From Acidobacteriota bacterium (GTDB lineage Bacteria > Acidobacteriota > UBA6911), in the NCBI GenBank assembly GCA_963664705.1, contig OY761556.1, forward strand, positions 1,856,001 to 1,920,000: a stretch of DNA of 64,000 bases. The letters run 5' to 3'. Positions within the stretch are counted from its first letter, which is position 1, and every line of letters starts with the position of its first letter. The translations under genes and the position numbers were made by a program. Below the pieces are notes generated by a model that searched no databases, was not told where the DNA came from, and saw nothing but the letters and a program-made list of their open reading frames with translations. Below are positions 8,728-19,077 of the stretch, one piece after another.

Positions 8728-10656
8728 ATGCATTTGCAGCGTTTCCTTTTCCCCCTCTACATAATCATCCTTTCAGCCCTGTTCTCATCTGGAACAGAAA
8801 ACGGCGAGGCTTCATGCCGGTTTGTCACCCTTGGTCCGTATGGTGGGGATGTTCGTTCTCTCCTGATGGATTCAAGCGATCCCTCCACTGTATATCTCGG
8901 CACGAGCAGCGGAAAAATATTCAAATCAAACGATGGCGGCGAAAACTGGTTTTCTTTGAATCCCGGGATAGGGCAGAGCAGCTATGTCATTGATACTTTG
9001 GTTCAGCATCCACGGGAGCCAAAGCATATTTATGCCGGTGCCTGGGACCTGCGTTCCGACGGCGGAGGACTTTTCGAATCGAAGGATGCCGGGTTCCATT
9101 GGGACCGGGTTACGCTCCCGCAACCGATAGCGGCGGTGCGCGGTCTGTCGATATGCCGACGGCAGCCGGAATTTATGATTGCAGGCACATTGGGCGGACC
9201 CTCGGTGAGTTCCGATGGCGGACGTAATTGGAGACGCGTCGGTGGCTCGGACCTTCAGAAGGCGGAATCGGTTGCCATTGATCCCGTTGATTCGCGCATA
9301 CTCTACGTAGGGACTTGGAGACTTGGATACAAGTCTTCGGATTTTGGCAAAAGTTGGACTCTTGTGGATAGCGGGATGCCGCTGGATTCTGACGTGTTTT
9401 CGATTGCCATAGATGAGAAAAACCCCTCCATCCTTTATTCAAGCGCATGCTCAGGCGTTTACCGCTCGACGAATCAGGCGCGCTCCTGGACAAGGCTTCG
9501 CCTCGTTCCGGACCGTTTTGCTATCCGTGCGCAGCTGGTTTCTATCGATCCGGCGAATCCTCAAAGGATTTACAGCGGTACGACGGAAGGTCTGTTTGTC
9601 AGTCAGAATGATGGCCAAAATTGGACGCGATTGACAAACAGCAATATCACGGTCAACGCGATCCAGATCAGTCCGGAAAACAATCAAAACATCCTGATTG
9701 GAACCGAGTATCAGGGAATTCTCGCAAGCAAAGATGGCGGGAGAACCTGGAAGGAATCGAATGCTGGATTTATTCACAATCAGATTTCCTGGATCAAGCC
9801 GGACACTACCGGATCGGGAAGGATCTTCGCCGGACTCGCATCAGGATCGGGCGGCATCTGTTCCTTTGACTCCAGATCCGGAAATTGGACGACTGCTCAA
9901 ATCCTGCCGGGCATGCGCATCCTGTCATTTTTAAGCCTTCCGGACAATCGAGGGAAACTGGCCGGAACCACTCAAGGACTATTCTGGCAGGCGCGCGAAT
10001 CGGAACCCTGGGTGAAGCTGAAGGGCTCCATCGGAAAGCGCACGGTTTACAGCCTCGAATCGGATCCTCGAAATCCAATTTTGTATGCCGGAACAGACCA
10101 GGGTATCTATCGGGCCGCTGTCGCAACGCTTGATTTTCGGCTGCCTCCCGGATATCGGCTCAGCCCCCAGGCCTGGTGTATTACCGCGCCCTATGGCAGT
10201 ACGGACGTGGTCTTTGCCGGAAGCAGCCTTGGGCTGTTGAGATCCTGGGATCATGGGACACTGTGGAATGCCATTTCCTCATACGGGCTTCCAAATCGTA
10301 CGGCCATAGAAAGCGTAGCGGTATCGCCGAAGGATAAAGATTTTCTACTGGCAGGCACTTCAGTCGGTCTTTATGCGTCGCGCAATGGTGGAATTCACTG
10401 GCGTCGCTTCGAGGACGCCCGGCTGGGAATCCGGATTCCCTCCGTGCTGTTTTTGGATGACACAGGGGATAGGATCGTGGCAGCCGACGGTGAAAAGGGC
10501 GGGATTCTGTTCTCAAACGACGGAGGCCAGAATTGGGAGAAGATGGAAGGAGAATTTTTGTCTCCAACCACAGCGATTGCCAAAGATCCAAGGCGTCCAT
10601 CCGGCATTTACCTCGGCACACTGGCGGACGGTGTTTACTACCTTGACATTCCTTGA
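8728..10656 (+). CDS. Secreted BNR/Asp-box repeat beta-propeller (VPS10/YCF48-like) protein
   Basis: Many S.DGG..W Asp-box repeats (SNDGGENW, SSDGGRNW, SKDGGRTW, SNDGGQNW); signal peptide. Confidence 0.88.
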   Translation: MHLQRFLFPLYIIILSALFSSGTENGEASCRFVTLGPYGGDVRSLLMDSSDPSTVYLGTSSGKIFKSNDGGENWFSLNPGIGQSSYVIDTLVQHPREPKHIYAGAWDLRSDGGGLFESKDAGFHWDRVTLPQPIAAVRGLSICRRQPEFMIAGTLGGPSVSSDGGRNWRRVGGSDLQKAESVAIDPVDSRILYVGTWRLGYKSSDFGKSWTLVDSGMPLDSDVFSIAIDEKNPSILYSSACSGVYRSTNQARSWTRLRLVPDRFAIRAQLVSIDPANPQRIYSGTTEGLFVSQNDGQNWTRLTNSNITVNAIQISPENNQNILIGTEYQGILASKDGGRTWKESNAGFIHNQISWIKPDTTGSGRIFAGLASGSGGICSFDSRSGNWTTAQILPGMRILSFLSLPDNRGKLAGTTQGLFWQARESEPWVKLKGSIGKRTVYSLESDPRNPILYAGTDQGIYRAAVATLDFRLPPGYRLSPQAWCITAPYGSTDVVFAGSSLGLLRSWDHGTLWNAISSYGLPNRTAIESVAVSPKDKDFLLAGTSVGLYASRNGGIHWRRFEDARLGIRIPSVLFLDDTGDRIVAADGEKGGILFSNDGGQNWEKMEGEFLSPTTAIAKDPRRPSGIYLGTLADGVYYLDIP

Positions 10657-10820
10657 AGTTCAGCGCTTCTTCGATCAATCCGGCTGCCCATGGGGATCGA
10701 AAAGAGGCAGGAATTCCATAAATACAATTCTCTCAAAAGAGTAGGCGCCAGTTTGCGCTGGAATTCTGATATTATTCATGGTGGCGAGTGGATCGACGCA
10801 CCAACCCGGGAGAAAGCTCC

Positions 10821-13574
10821 ATGTACCAGACGATCCGCCTTAAAACAAAGATTCTCTTTGTATTTCTTTGTCTTGCTTCAGCCTCTTTTGCCCAGAATCG
10901 GCCGCAGCCAAAGCAGGTGCCGGCAAGGCCGTCTGCCCCGTTCCTCCAATACGTAAAATCTTACGAAGAAACCACCTATGTCACCAAAATCGTAATGAAG
11001 AACGGGATGACTGTATTGGTGGACGAATTCAGGACGCAGCCGCTTGTCACAATCCAGGTTTATGTCCGAGCCGGATCCCTGGATGAGCCGATTCAGAATC
11101 CAGGCCTGGCCACACTTGTTAGCAGGATTATCCAAAGAGGTATTCCAGACAAAAGCGGAGGCAGCTACCGACAAAAGATCCAAGCGCTGGGAGGTATCGC
11201 AAGAAGCTCTGTCGACTATGCAACAAGCGTTTTTGAAACGATTGCGCCATCGGGGCAGTGGAAAAAGGCTTTGGCCGTTCAGGCAGAGGCAATTCAGAAC
11301 CCTTCCTTCGATGGAGATAGCATACGGCTGGAAGCGAAAATGCTGCAGGGTGAGGCTCGGTCTTCGCTGGAAGACCCTATGCAGGTTGGAAGGGAGAAGT
11401 TGCTCGAGGTCGCATTCAGTCTCCCGCGAATGGGCCGGGCTGGCGCAATGCAGCATGCCGCAATGGAGACTTATTCTCCTGAGAATCTGGGAACCTTTTA
11501 CAAGGCTTTCTATGCGTCGTCGAGGATGATGCTTGTGGTGTCTGGCGATATCGGTTCAGGCGAAGTCCTCAACGAGATTGTCAAGCTCTATACAAAACCT
11601 GCCACGCCTGCCGGAAAGCAAGCAGCAGCGGCGGTCAACGCATCCCAGAACGAATTCCGCTTTTCTTCAATTCGAGGAAATGTTGCGGTTCCGCATCTTT
11701 TGTTTGGATTCCATACAGTCCCGGAAAATGATGAGGATGCCAAAGCCATCCAGGTTTTAAGGGCAGTCCTGGGGCTGGGCGAGGCATCCCTTCTTTCCGC
11801 ACGTGTGCGAGACGAAAAAAGGCTGATTTTTTCGTCACAAAGCGAGCTGCTTACTTCCTTTGAATTTGGCTACCTTTTCATAGGAGCCGCCATAAGCGCA
11901 TCAAGTATCGATCCGAGCGAACTCGCGATCCTTACCGAGCTTGAATTGTTGAAAAGAGAAGAGCTGACTGAGCTGGATTTGGAACGGGCATTTGGACTGC
12001 TCGAAAGGGAATATTGGAGCGGCATGGAAACGGTGACCGGTCGGGCCGGAACCCTGGCACACTTCGAATTCCTCGGCGATTGGAAACGCATGGACCGCAG
12101 CATGGCAGAGCTACGCAAAATCAAACCGTCGGATGTGAAGCGTGTTGCCGCAAAATACCTGCGTCTCCAGAACTGCACGCTGCTGGAGCTACTGCCAACT
12201 GCCTTTGAAGAAAGATCTCTGACTGCCGCCGCGGTCGCCAGCACCTTTTCCTCGCTGCTAAACGCCGCGACGGAAGAAGAAATGGCGAAGAGGGATAAGC
12301 AGACCGTTCTTGCGGTAACGATACCGCCGCCTGGCAGCTTTAAGTTCAGCGAGATTCGTTATCCCTTTCAAACTGCGTCCATTTTGCGCGGTCCGGCATT
12401 GTATATTCGGGAAGACCACAGCAATCCACTCATTGAAATGGGCCTCTTTTTTCCGGGCGGCCGTCTGGATGAGAAAAGGGAGAATGCGGGAATTACAAGG
12501 CTAATGTCGGCGCTTTTGCTCCCTACGGGAGAAGAAGCGCGGCAGTTTTACCGGCAATTGGAGGTCTATGGCGGTCATCTGATTCCTGTGGTGACCGATG
12601 ACTATTTCGGAGTGTATTTATCGGTACTGTCTCAAAACTTCGAAGCGGCATTCAAGCAGATTCTCGCCGCCATGCGTGAACCTAATTTCGATGAGGCCGT
12701 AGTAAAAAGGCAAAAAGAAATCCAGGTTTTTGAAATTCAATCCGGGATTTCGCGGGAATATCCTGCGGAGTGGATGCGGAGGGCGTTGTTTGGCGATTTT
12801 CCATATGGAGCCGGCAGCAACGGAACGCAGGCTTCCGTTTCCGCCGTGACGGTGGATTCCCTAAAGGCCTGGTATGACTCCCATGTCCGCAATCGGAAAC
12901 CGATCGTAACGTTGATTGGAGATACAAAAGGGACCAGCCTTGCTACCGTATTTGTTCAGAATTTCAGCGGCTCTCGTTTCCAGGACTCCAAAATTCCGGA
13001 AGGATATGCCAAAGCGCTGGAAAAGGGGCAAACCGCGACTCGGGATTGGGATGGAAACGAAAGCCTGATTTTGATTGGATTTCAGGCCCCGCCGATGGAT
13101 GATGAGGATGCAGCCGCGGCGACTGTACTGGAGGCCTATTCGGGGGATTATGGACGTTTGACTCAGGAGCTGAGAGATCGACTGGGGCTTGGGTACCGTG
13201 TAGCCGTGCGCTACCGACCCCGCGCGCGAGGCGGAAGCTTTACCATATGCGCTGCCACCATCCCTGGAATGGAGGACGATCTTCTAAAGGCACTGAGAAA
13301 AGAAATTCAAGGTTCGCAGGAGGAGGCTATTCCATACCGGGACTTCAGAACTGCCATCAGCGAAGCTGTCGGGGAATACTCTATTCAGCAGCAGAATCGT
13401 TTCAACCAGATTGCGGGAATTGCGGAGAATACGCTGGCGGGAAGGGGACTCGAGGGATACCAGGGACAGATCGCCGGGTTCCAGGATGTGCGGGAAGAAG
13501 ATCTCAAGGCTGTGATACAAAGAGTTTTTAATCTGAACAAAGCCAATATTCTGGTGTTGCGCGGAAGGAACTGA
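10821..13574 (+). CDS. M16 (pitrilysin-like) two-module peptidase homologue, catalytic HxxEH absent
   Basis: NGMTVLV..VYVRAGS.DEP..PGLA, M.LVVSGD and duplicated M16/M16_C architecture; signal peptide; ATLVSR replaces AHxxEH. Confidence 0.85.
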   Translation: MYQTIRLKTKILFVFLCLASASFAQNRPQPKQVPARPSAPFLQYVKSYEETTYVTKIVMKNGMTVLVDEFRTQPLVTIQVYVRAGSLDEPIQNPGLATLVSRIIQRGIPDKSGGSYRQKIQALGGIARSSVDYATSVFETIAPSGQWKKALAVQAEAIQNPSFDGDSIRLEAKMLQGEARSSLEDPMQVGREKLLEVAFSLPRMGRAGAMQHAAMETYSPENLGTFYKAFYASSRMMLVVSGDIGSGEVLNEIVKLYTKPATPAGKQAAAAVNASQNEFRFSSIRGNVAVPHLLFGFHTVPENDEDAKAIQVLRAVLGLGEASLLSARVRDEKRLIFSSQSELLTSFEFGYLFIGAAISASSIDPSELAILTELELLKREELTELDLERAFGLLEREYWSGMETVTGRAGTLAHFEFLGDWKRMDRSMAELRKIKPSDVKRVAAKYLRLQNCTLLELLPTAFEERSLTAAAVASTFSSLLNAATEEEMAKRDKQTVLAVTIPPPGSFKFSEIRYPFQTASILRGPALYIREDHSNPLIEMGLFFPGGRLDEKRENAGITRLMSALLLPTGEEARQFYRQLEVYGGHLIPVVTDDYFGVYLSVLSQNFEAAFKQILAAMREPNFDEAVVKRQKEIQVFEIQSGISREYPAEWMRRALFGDFPYGAGSNGTQASVSAVTVDSLKAWYDSHVRNRKPIVTLIGDTKGTSLATVFVQNFSGSRFQDSKIPEGYAKALEKGQTATRDWDGNESLILIGFQAPPMDDEDAAAATVLEAYSGDYGRLTQELRDRLGLGYRVAVRYRPRARGGSFTICAATIPGMEDDLLKALRKEIQGSQEEAIPYRDFRTAISEAVGEYSIQQQNRFNQIAGIAENTLAGRGLEGYQGQIAGFQDVREEDLKAVIQRVFNLNKANILVLRGRN

Positions 13575-13681
13575 ACTCGAACCGCGCTGGCAGATGCGAA
13601 GCATGCTGATTCCAACCATGCTTTGCCCAGGATACGCATATTGGGTGGTCGCGGCTTCAGCGTGGATTTACTGGAGGATTT

Positions 13682-15784
13682 GTGAGAAGGCTTTTTCCGA
13701 CATCCGGAATGGGGATCTTTACCCTGATTTTGGCTGCTTCCTGGATGCTGCTATTTCTGTTTGCCGACTCTCTGCGACTGGTTTCTCCGGCCACGACTTT
13801 TATCCTCCAGGCGCTGCTATTGCTGCTTGCCATTCCTGTAGCCGTTTATTACTCCTTCAAGCTCTCCAAGAAGTTGCGGGTGCGGCTGCTTTGGAAGATC
13901 CGCCGTCGATTGGTATTGGCGCATATTTTTATCGGCGCGATTCCGGTTTTTCTTGTGATCTGCATATTCTGGTTCTCGGCGCTGCTGTTTTATTACCAGT
14001 TGAGTTATTACCTGATCTCTAACCAAATCGGCATCCATACTGCACAGATCCATGCTTTCACGCTTTCATTGAGAGAAGGTTTGCAGAACATGATGACCGG
14101 CTCGACGCCGCCCAGCCAGGCCGCCCTGAAAGAGCAACTGGATGCGGACGCCAAGTATCTGCTGGGAGCTTATCCTTCCGCTTCCATCGTTTTAAGTTTT
14201 CCCGGTTCATCGGAAAAGCAGGAAACGACCTATGTCAACCAAACATCCAGTCCGGAAATACTGGGAAATTACCAGGTCCCGCATTGGCTGGTGGATCGCG
14301 AATTCAGCGGACTGGCTATCGACGACTCTCTTCCCGATCCGCATAAGCCAAGGCTTTTCATCAAAAGTTTTGTATACAGCGATTTGCGTCCGGACCTTCA
14401 ATTCAGGATAGAGGTTTCGGTTCCATTTGATCACTATTTCCTGGGCAGACTGAAGGCCGCTCTCGGGCAGGATTTTCTTTTGGTGGATGGTATCAAACGG
14501 GCGGGCCTGATGTTGCAGAGTGCTGACCTGCAGAAGGAAGACATCATCGAAACGACCTATGAAGCCGAAAGCACGCAATCCATTACGGATTCGCTTTGGT
14601 CCATTTCCTTGTACCCAACCCTCTGGACTACGGGAATGGAGACAAATGCGACCAGCAGCAATGTCCTCCTGGTCGAGCTTTCCACTCCGAAGCTGATGAG
14701 GAATCTCTTTCGATCCGAAAACAATGTGGGAACCAAGATTCTCGGCGTATTGGAAACAACGGTCATCTTTTTCCTTCTTGTTGAAATAGCATCCATTGTC
14801 ATTGGCATTGTTCTGACGAAATCGATTACGAATGCCGTTCATAACCTGGACCGCGGGACGGAATTTGTAAAACGGGGAGATTTCAGCCACCGAATTGTGG
14901 TGCGTTCCGACGACCAGTTGGGAGCGCTGGCCGCATCGTTCAATCAAATGACGGAATATGTTCAGGACTTGGTAAAGGAAAGGGTTCAAAAGGAACGGCT
15001 GGAGAGAGAACTCGAAATTGCCAAGGAAGTGCAGGAACGCTTATTCCCGAATGACGCGCCCAAAATGGCCCGTATGGACCTCGCGGGCATTTGCCTGCCG
15101 GCGCGCACCGTCAGCGGCGACTATTATGACTTTCTTCCCTTGGGAATGAACGAGCTCGGATTGGCTTTAGGCGACATTTGCGGCAAGGGGATATCGGCCG
15201 CTCTTCTCATGACAAATCTTCAGGCCACACTAAGAAGCAATGTCATGAATCTTTGGGGGAGCAGCAGCCTGAACGGGAGCAATTCGGTCGCAGAACTCGT
15301 CGAACGGGTCAATACTCAAATCTATAGCTACACTTCGGCCAATAAGTTTGCGACGTTTTTCTATGCGCTCTATGACGAGGTGCGACAAACCCTGACATAC
15401 TGCAATGCCGGGCATAATCCGCCTTTGTATTTCAACAACGGAAGCGTGCAGCGACTGATGTCCGGAGGCACGGTTGTCGGCATTTTTGCGGATTCCAAAT
15501 ACGAACAGGAAACGCTGTGCCTGCATGACAAAGACTTGCTTGTAGCCTATACGGACGGCATTGTTGAAAGCGTCAATGAGTATGGGGAAGAATTCGGAGA
15601 ACAGCGTCTGATTCAGCTGGTACAGGAAAACCGGGATCTTTCGGCAGCTGGAATCAAGGACACAATTGTCGAGAGAGTCCTTTCATGGAGTTTTGCTGAA
15701 GAACGTGACGATGATATGACGCTGGTGATTGCAAAAATCATCAATTCCGGAGAAATCGACCCGAAACCTGAAGGGATGACATAG
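13682..15784 (+). CDS. Membrane SpoIIE/RsbU-type PP2C phosphatase with HAMP domain
   Basis: TM helices, HAMP (DQLG.LA.SFNQM), VSGDYYD, GDICGKG, NAGHNP, YTDGIVE and DDMT motifs; GTG start with GGAGG. Confidence 0.93.
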   Translation: MRRLFPTSGMGIFTLILAASWMLLFLFADSLRLVSPATTFILQALLLLLAIPVAVYYSFKLSKKLRVRLLWKIRRRLVLAHIFIGAIPVFLVICIFWFSALLFYYQLSYYLISNQIGIHTAQIHAFTLSLREGLQNMMTGSTPPSQAALKEQLDADAKYLLGAYPSASIVLSFPGSSEKQETTYVNQTSSPEILGNYQVPHWLVDREFSGLAIDDSLPDPHKPRLFIKSFVYSDLRPDLQFRIEVSVPFDHYFLGRLKAALGQDFLLVDGIKRAGLMLQSADLQKEDIIETTYEAESTQSITDSLWSISLYPTLWTTGMETNATSSNVLLVELSTPKLMRNLFRSENNVGTKILGVLETTVIFFLLVEIASIVIGIVLTKSITNAVHNLDRGTEFVKRGDFSHRIVVRSDDQLGALAASFNQMTEYVQDLVKERVQKERLERELEIAKEVQERLFPNDAPKMARMDLAGICLPARTVSGDYYDFLPLGMNELGLALGDICGKGISAALLMTNLQATLRSNVMNLWGSSSLNGSNSVAELVERVNTQIYSYTSANKFATFFYALYDEVRQTLTYCNAGHNPPLYFNNGSVQRLMSGGTVVGIFADSKYEQETLCLHDKDLLVAYTDGIVESVNEYGEEFGEQRLIQLVQENRDLSAAGIKDTIVERVLSWSFAEERDDDMTLVIAKIINSGEIDPKPEGMT

Positions 15785-15914
15785 GGAATCGGATTGCTTA
15801 TGGCTCAGCGAATAACTTGACGCATCCGGAAGTTTAGACATAATCTAGCTTTCGGGTCTCGTAATTGGGTATGGAACCGGTCATCATCTGGAAGGTTTGA
15901 AACGGCAAGCATCT

Positions 15915-16487
15915 ATGGCGCGCCACTCCTTTTTTACCACATTTGAAATCAGCCAAATTTGCGGCGTTAATCCCACGACGGTGCAGAATTGGGTCAAAGG
16001 GAAAAAACTACGTGCCTTTCAGACGCCGGGTGGACACCGAAGAGTCCGCCGCGAAGACCTGTTAGTTTTTTTGAAGGAATTTGGGATGCCGATTCCCGCC
16101 GAGCTTTCGCAAAATCCGCCGCTTATCCTTATTGTCGATGATGAGGTTGATATTCTTGACATGCTGGAGGCGCTGGTAAAGTCCAGGGATGAAGAGATCA
16201 ACGTGGCGAAAGCTCAAAATGGGGTTGATGCGCTGGTTATGATAGGCGAATCAAAGCCCGATCTTCTTATCTTGGATATCATGATTCCCGGAATGAACGG
16301 GTTTGAGGTTTGTAGAAAACTGAAAGCCAGCCCGGGTACGCAAAGCATCAGGATTGTTGCCATAAGCGGGGATCATGATCCTGCCGTTAGAGAACGTGTT
16401 CTCGGTGCCGGGGCGGATCTTTTCTTCACCAAGCCGCTGGATATTATCGGGTTCCGCGATCAGTGTTTCAGCCTCCTGCAGAACTAA
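15915..16487 (+). CDS. Response regulator with N-terminal excisionase/MerR-like HTH
   Basis: TT.EI..ICGV.P.TV.NW..TPGGHRR HTH plus REC domain (IVDDE, LDIMIP, KP). Confidence 0.9.
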   Translation: MARHSFFTTFEISQICGVNPTTVQNWVKGKKLRAFQTPGGHRRVRREDLLVFLKEFGMPIPAELSQNPPLILIVDDEVDILDMLEALVKSRDEEINVAKAQNGVDALVMIGESKPDLLILDIMIPGMNGFEVCRKLKASPGTQSIRIVAISGDHDPAVRERVLGAGADLFFTKPLDIIGFRDQCFSLLQN

Positions 16488-16500
16488 ACAAAGGATATCT

Positions 16501-17571
16501 ATGACGATGCTAGATCAACCCGATCGATGGAAGCCCATCGACCCCCGTTCCATGTATTTGCTGGTAGAGGCTTTCCCTGAGCATATCCAGACCGCAGCGC
16601 TTGTTGAGCCGGAGGGAACCCTTCCGGATATCCGCGATGCCGGTTCGCTGATTGTCAGCGGTCTTGGCGGATCGGCAATAGGGGGGGATCTGGCACGAAG
16701 CATTGCCGGGCGAAACCTGCGGATTCCTTTCCTGGTAAGTCGAGACTATGACCTGCCTGGCTTTGTAAGCGCATCTTCCATTGTCATTGCCTGCAGCTAT
16801 TCCGGAAATACTGAAGAAACATTAAGCGCCTACCAGCAGGCCAGAAAGGCGAAGGCATCCATCGTTTGTATTACTTCGGGCGGTCAGTTGGAAGCGCTGG
16901 CAAAAGCGGATGGTGTGCCGGTTTTCCGCCTCCAGGGCGGTCTTCCTCCCCGCGCTGCTCTGGGATATTCCCTGATCACGCTTCTCAGGGCACTGGAGAA
17001 ACTGACGCTCATTCCGAGCCAAAAACAAAACGTTCTGGAAGCAGTCGACCTGCTGAGAGCGCTAAAAGGCCGATATGGCACTTCCAGTCCGGAAAGTGAC
17101 AATAGAGCAAAAAGTCTTGCGAATGCATTAACCGGCAAGATCGTGGCGATTTATGGATCGACTGCAGTTATGGATGCGGTCGCTTTTCGATGGCGGACGC
17201 AGATTGAGGAGAATGCCAAAAATCTGGCTTTACACCAGGCTGTTCCGGAAATGAATCACAATGAGCTGGTTGGCTGGGTGTACCCGGAAGATGTTTTGAG
17301 GCGTGTCGGAGTTGTCCTGTTGCGCGATAAAGGAGATCACGCACAGGTTCAGCGACGGTTTGACTTGACGGCCGAACTCGTTGCGCGGAAGGCTGGAGTC
17401 GTGCACGAGGTTTGGAGCGAAGGGGACTCCCTTCTGGCGAGAGTATTGTCCACGCTTTACCTGGGTGACTTTGTGAGTCTGTATATGGCCTACCTCAATA
17501 ACGTCGATCCCACTCCCGTGGAAGTCATTGACTATTTGAAAAGGGAACTCGCTTCAGGCGGCCGAACATAA
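16501..17571 (+). CDS. Bifunctional phosphoglucose/phosphomannose isomerase (SIS fold)
   Basis: GLGGSAIGGD, SYSGNTEET, PRAALGY, ENAK and PEMNHNE motifs; start at ATG 16501 (AAAGGA RBS). Confidence 0.93.
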   Translation: MTMLDQPDRWKPIDPRSMYLLVEAFPEHIQTAALVEPEGTLPDIRDAGSLIVSGLGGSAIGGDLARSIAGRNLRIPFLVSRDYDLPGFVSASSIVIACSYSGNTEETLSAYQQARKAKASIVCITSGGQLEALAKADGVPVFRLQGGLPPRAALGYSLITLLRALEKLTLIPSQKQNVLEAVDLLRALKGRYGTSSPESDNRAKSLANALTGKIVAIYGSTAVMDAVAFRWRTQIEENAKNLALHQAVPEMNHNELVGWVYPEDVLRRVGVVLLRDKGDHAQVQRRFDLTAELVARKAGVVHEVWSEGDSLLARVLSTLYLGDFVSLYMAYLNNVDPTPVEVIDYLKRELASGGRT

Positions 17572-17632
17572 TCAGATTTGCATCCGGATAATTTGGACCA
17601 TTTCAAATTCCTGATCTCTTTAGGAGGGAACC

Positions 17633-18991
17633 GTGCGCAGAGAGATTTTTCGTGAATACGATATTCGTGGGATAGCTGGCAAAGACCTCACTGCCGGAAC
17701 CGTCGAAGAGCTCGGGCTGGGAATCGGGACGCTGCTGCGTCGTGCGGGAAGCAAAACAATCACGGTGGGACGCGATTGTCGTCCGAGTTCGGACGGCTTT
17801 CGTGATGCTTTGATTGAAGGCTTGACCGCCACCGGTCTGTCTGTCGTTGATATTGGCGTGGTCCCGACACCCCTCCTGTACTATTCCATCATTCAGTTGA
17901 AGAGCGACGGTGGAATCATGATCACCGGCAGCCACAATCCGGCGGAATACAATGGGTTCAAAACCTGCCTGGGATCCGATTCTGTTTATGGCGAGCAAAT
18001 TCAGGAGATTTACCGGCTGATTGAAGCACGCGACTTTGAGCGCGGAAAGGGAGCCCTCTCTTCAGCCGATGTGAGCCCTTCCTACAAGGGCTACGTTCTG
18101 GATCAAATCAAGCTGGCTCGCCCGGTGCGTGTTGCCCTGGATTGCGGCAACGGGACAGGGTGCCTCATGGCACCGGAAATAGTCGGAGCTTTGGGCTGCG
18201 ATATTACCAAGCTCTATTGCGATATGGATGGAAACTTCCCGAATCACCATCCTGACCCCACAGTCGTGGAAAACCTGGTTGATTTGCAGCAGGCGGTAAA
18301 AACGAAGGGTCTCGAACTGGGCATTGCCTTTGACGGAGACGCCGACCGGATTGGGGTCATTGCCGATGACGGGCGCATTATCTGGGGAGATCTGCTCCTG
18401 GCGCTCTATGCGCGGGAAATATTGCAGCGCAAGCCGGGCTCCACATTCATTGCGGAAGTGAAGTGCTCCATGAATCTCTTCCGTGATATTGAGAAGCACG
18501 GAGGCCGAGCCATCATGTGGAAAACCGGCCACTCTCTCATCAAGACAAAAATGAAGAAGGAAAAGGCTGCTCTTGCGGGAGAGATGAGCGGTCATATGTT
18601 CTTTGCTGATCGATATCTTGGATATGATGATGCAATCTATGCCGCCGGCCGAATTCTTGAACTGGTATCCAATTCGCCGGTTCCGCTGAGCCGGATGCTT
18701 TCAGATATTCCGCCTACCTTTGTTACGCCCGAAATCCGCGTTCAATGCGACGATGAGAAGAAGTTCGGAGTGGTGGAGAAAGTTAAGGCGTATTTCCGAC
18801 AAAAGCACGAGGTGATTGAGGTCGATGGCGCGCGGATTCTTTTTCCCAAGGGATGGGGATTGGTGCGGGCTTCAAATACGCAGGATGTACTGGTCATGCG
18901 CTTTGAGGCTGAGACCCAGGGCGAATTGGATGCCATGCGCGCGCAGGTCGAAGAACAGGTGCAAAAGGCAAAAGCCGATTTTGCCGGATAG
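17633..18991 (+). CDS. Phosphomannomutase/phosphoglucomutase
   Basis: IFREYDIRG, ITGSHNP, DGDADR, GEMSGH and LVRASNT motifs; GTG start with AGGAGG. Confidence 0.96.
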   Translation: MRREIFREYDIRGIAGKDLTAGTVEELGLGIGTLLRRAGSKTITVGRDCRPSSDGFRDALIEGLTATGLSVVDIGVVPTPLLYYSIIQLKSDGGIMITGSHNPAEYNGFKTCLGSDSVYGEQIQEIYRLIEARDFERGKGALSSADVSPSYKGYVLDQIKLARPVRVALDCGNGTGCLMAPEIVGALGCDITKLYCDMDGNFPNHHPDPTVVENLVDLQQAVKTKGLELGIAFDGDADRIGVIADDGRIIWGDLLLALYAREILQRKPGSTFIAEVKCSMNLFRDIEKHGGRAIMWKTGHSLIKTKMKKEKAALAGEMSGHMFFADRYLGYDDAIYAAGRILELVSNSPVPLSRMLSDIPPTFVTPEIRVQCDDEKKFGVVEKVKAYFRQKHEVIEVDGARILFPKGWGLVRASNTQDVLVMRFEAETQGELDAMRAQVEEQVQKAKADFAG

Positions 18992-19077
18992 GTTGGCTGG
19001 CTTCACATGAATTCGCCATAACGGGTCGGAAATGCGATACAATACGGGAAACCATTTTCGGAGAGGACTCAGGGTTC

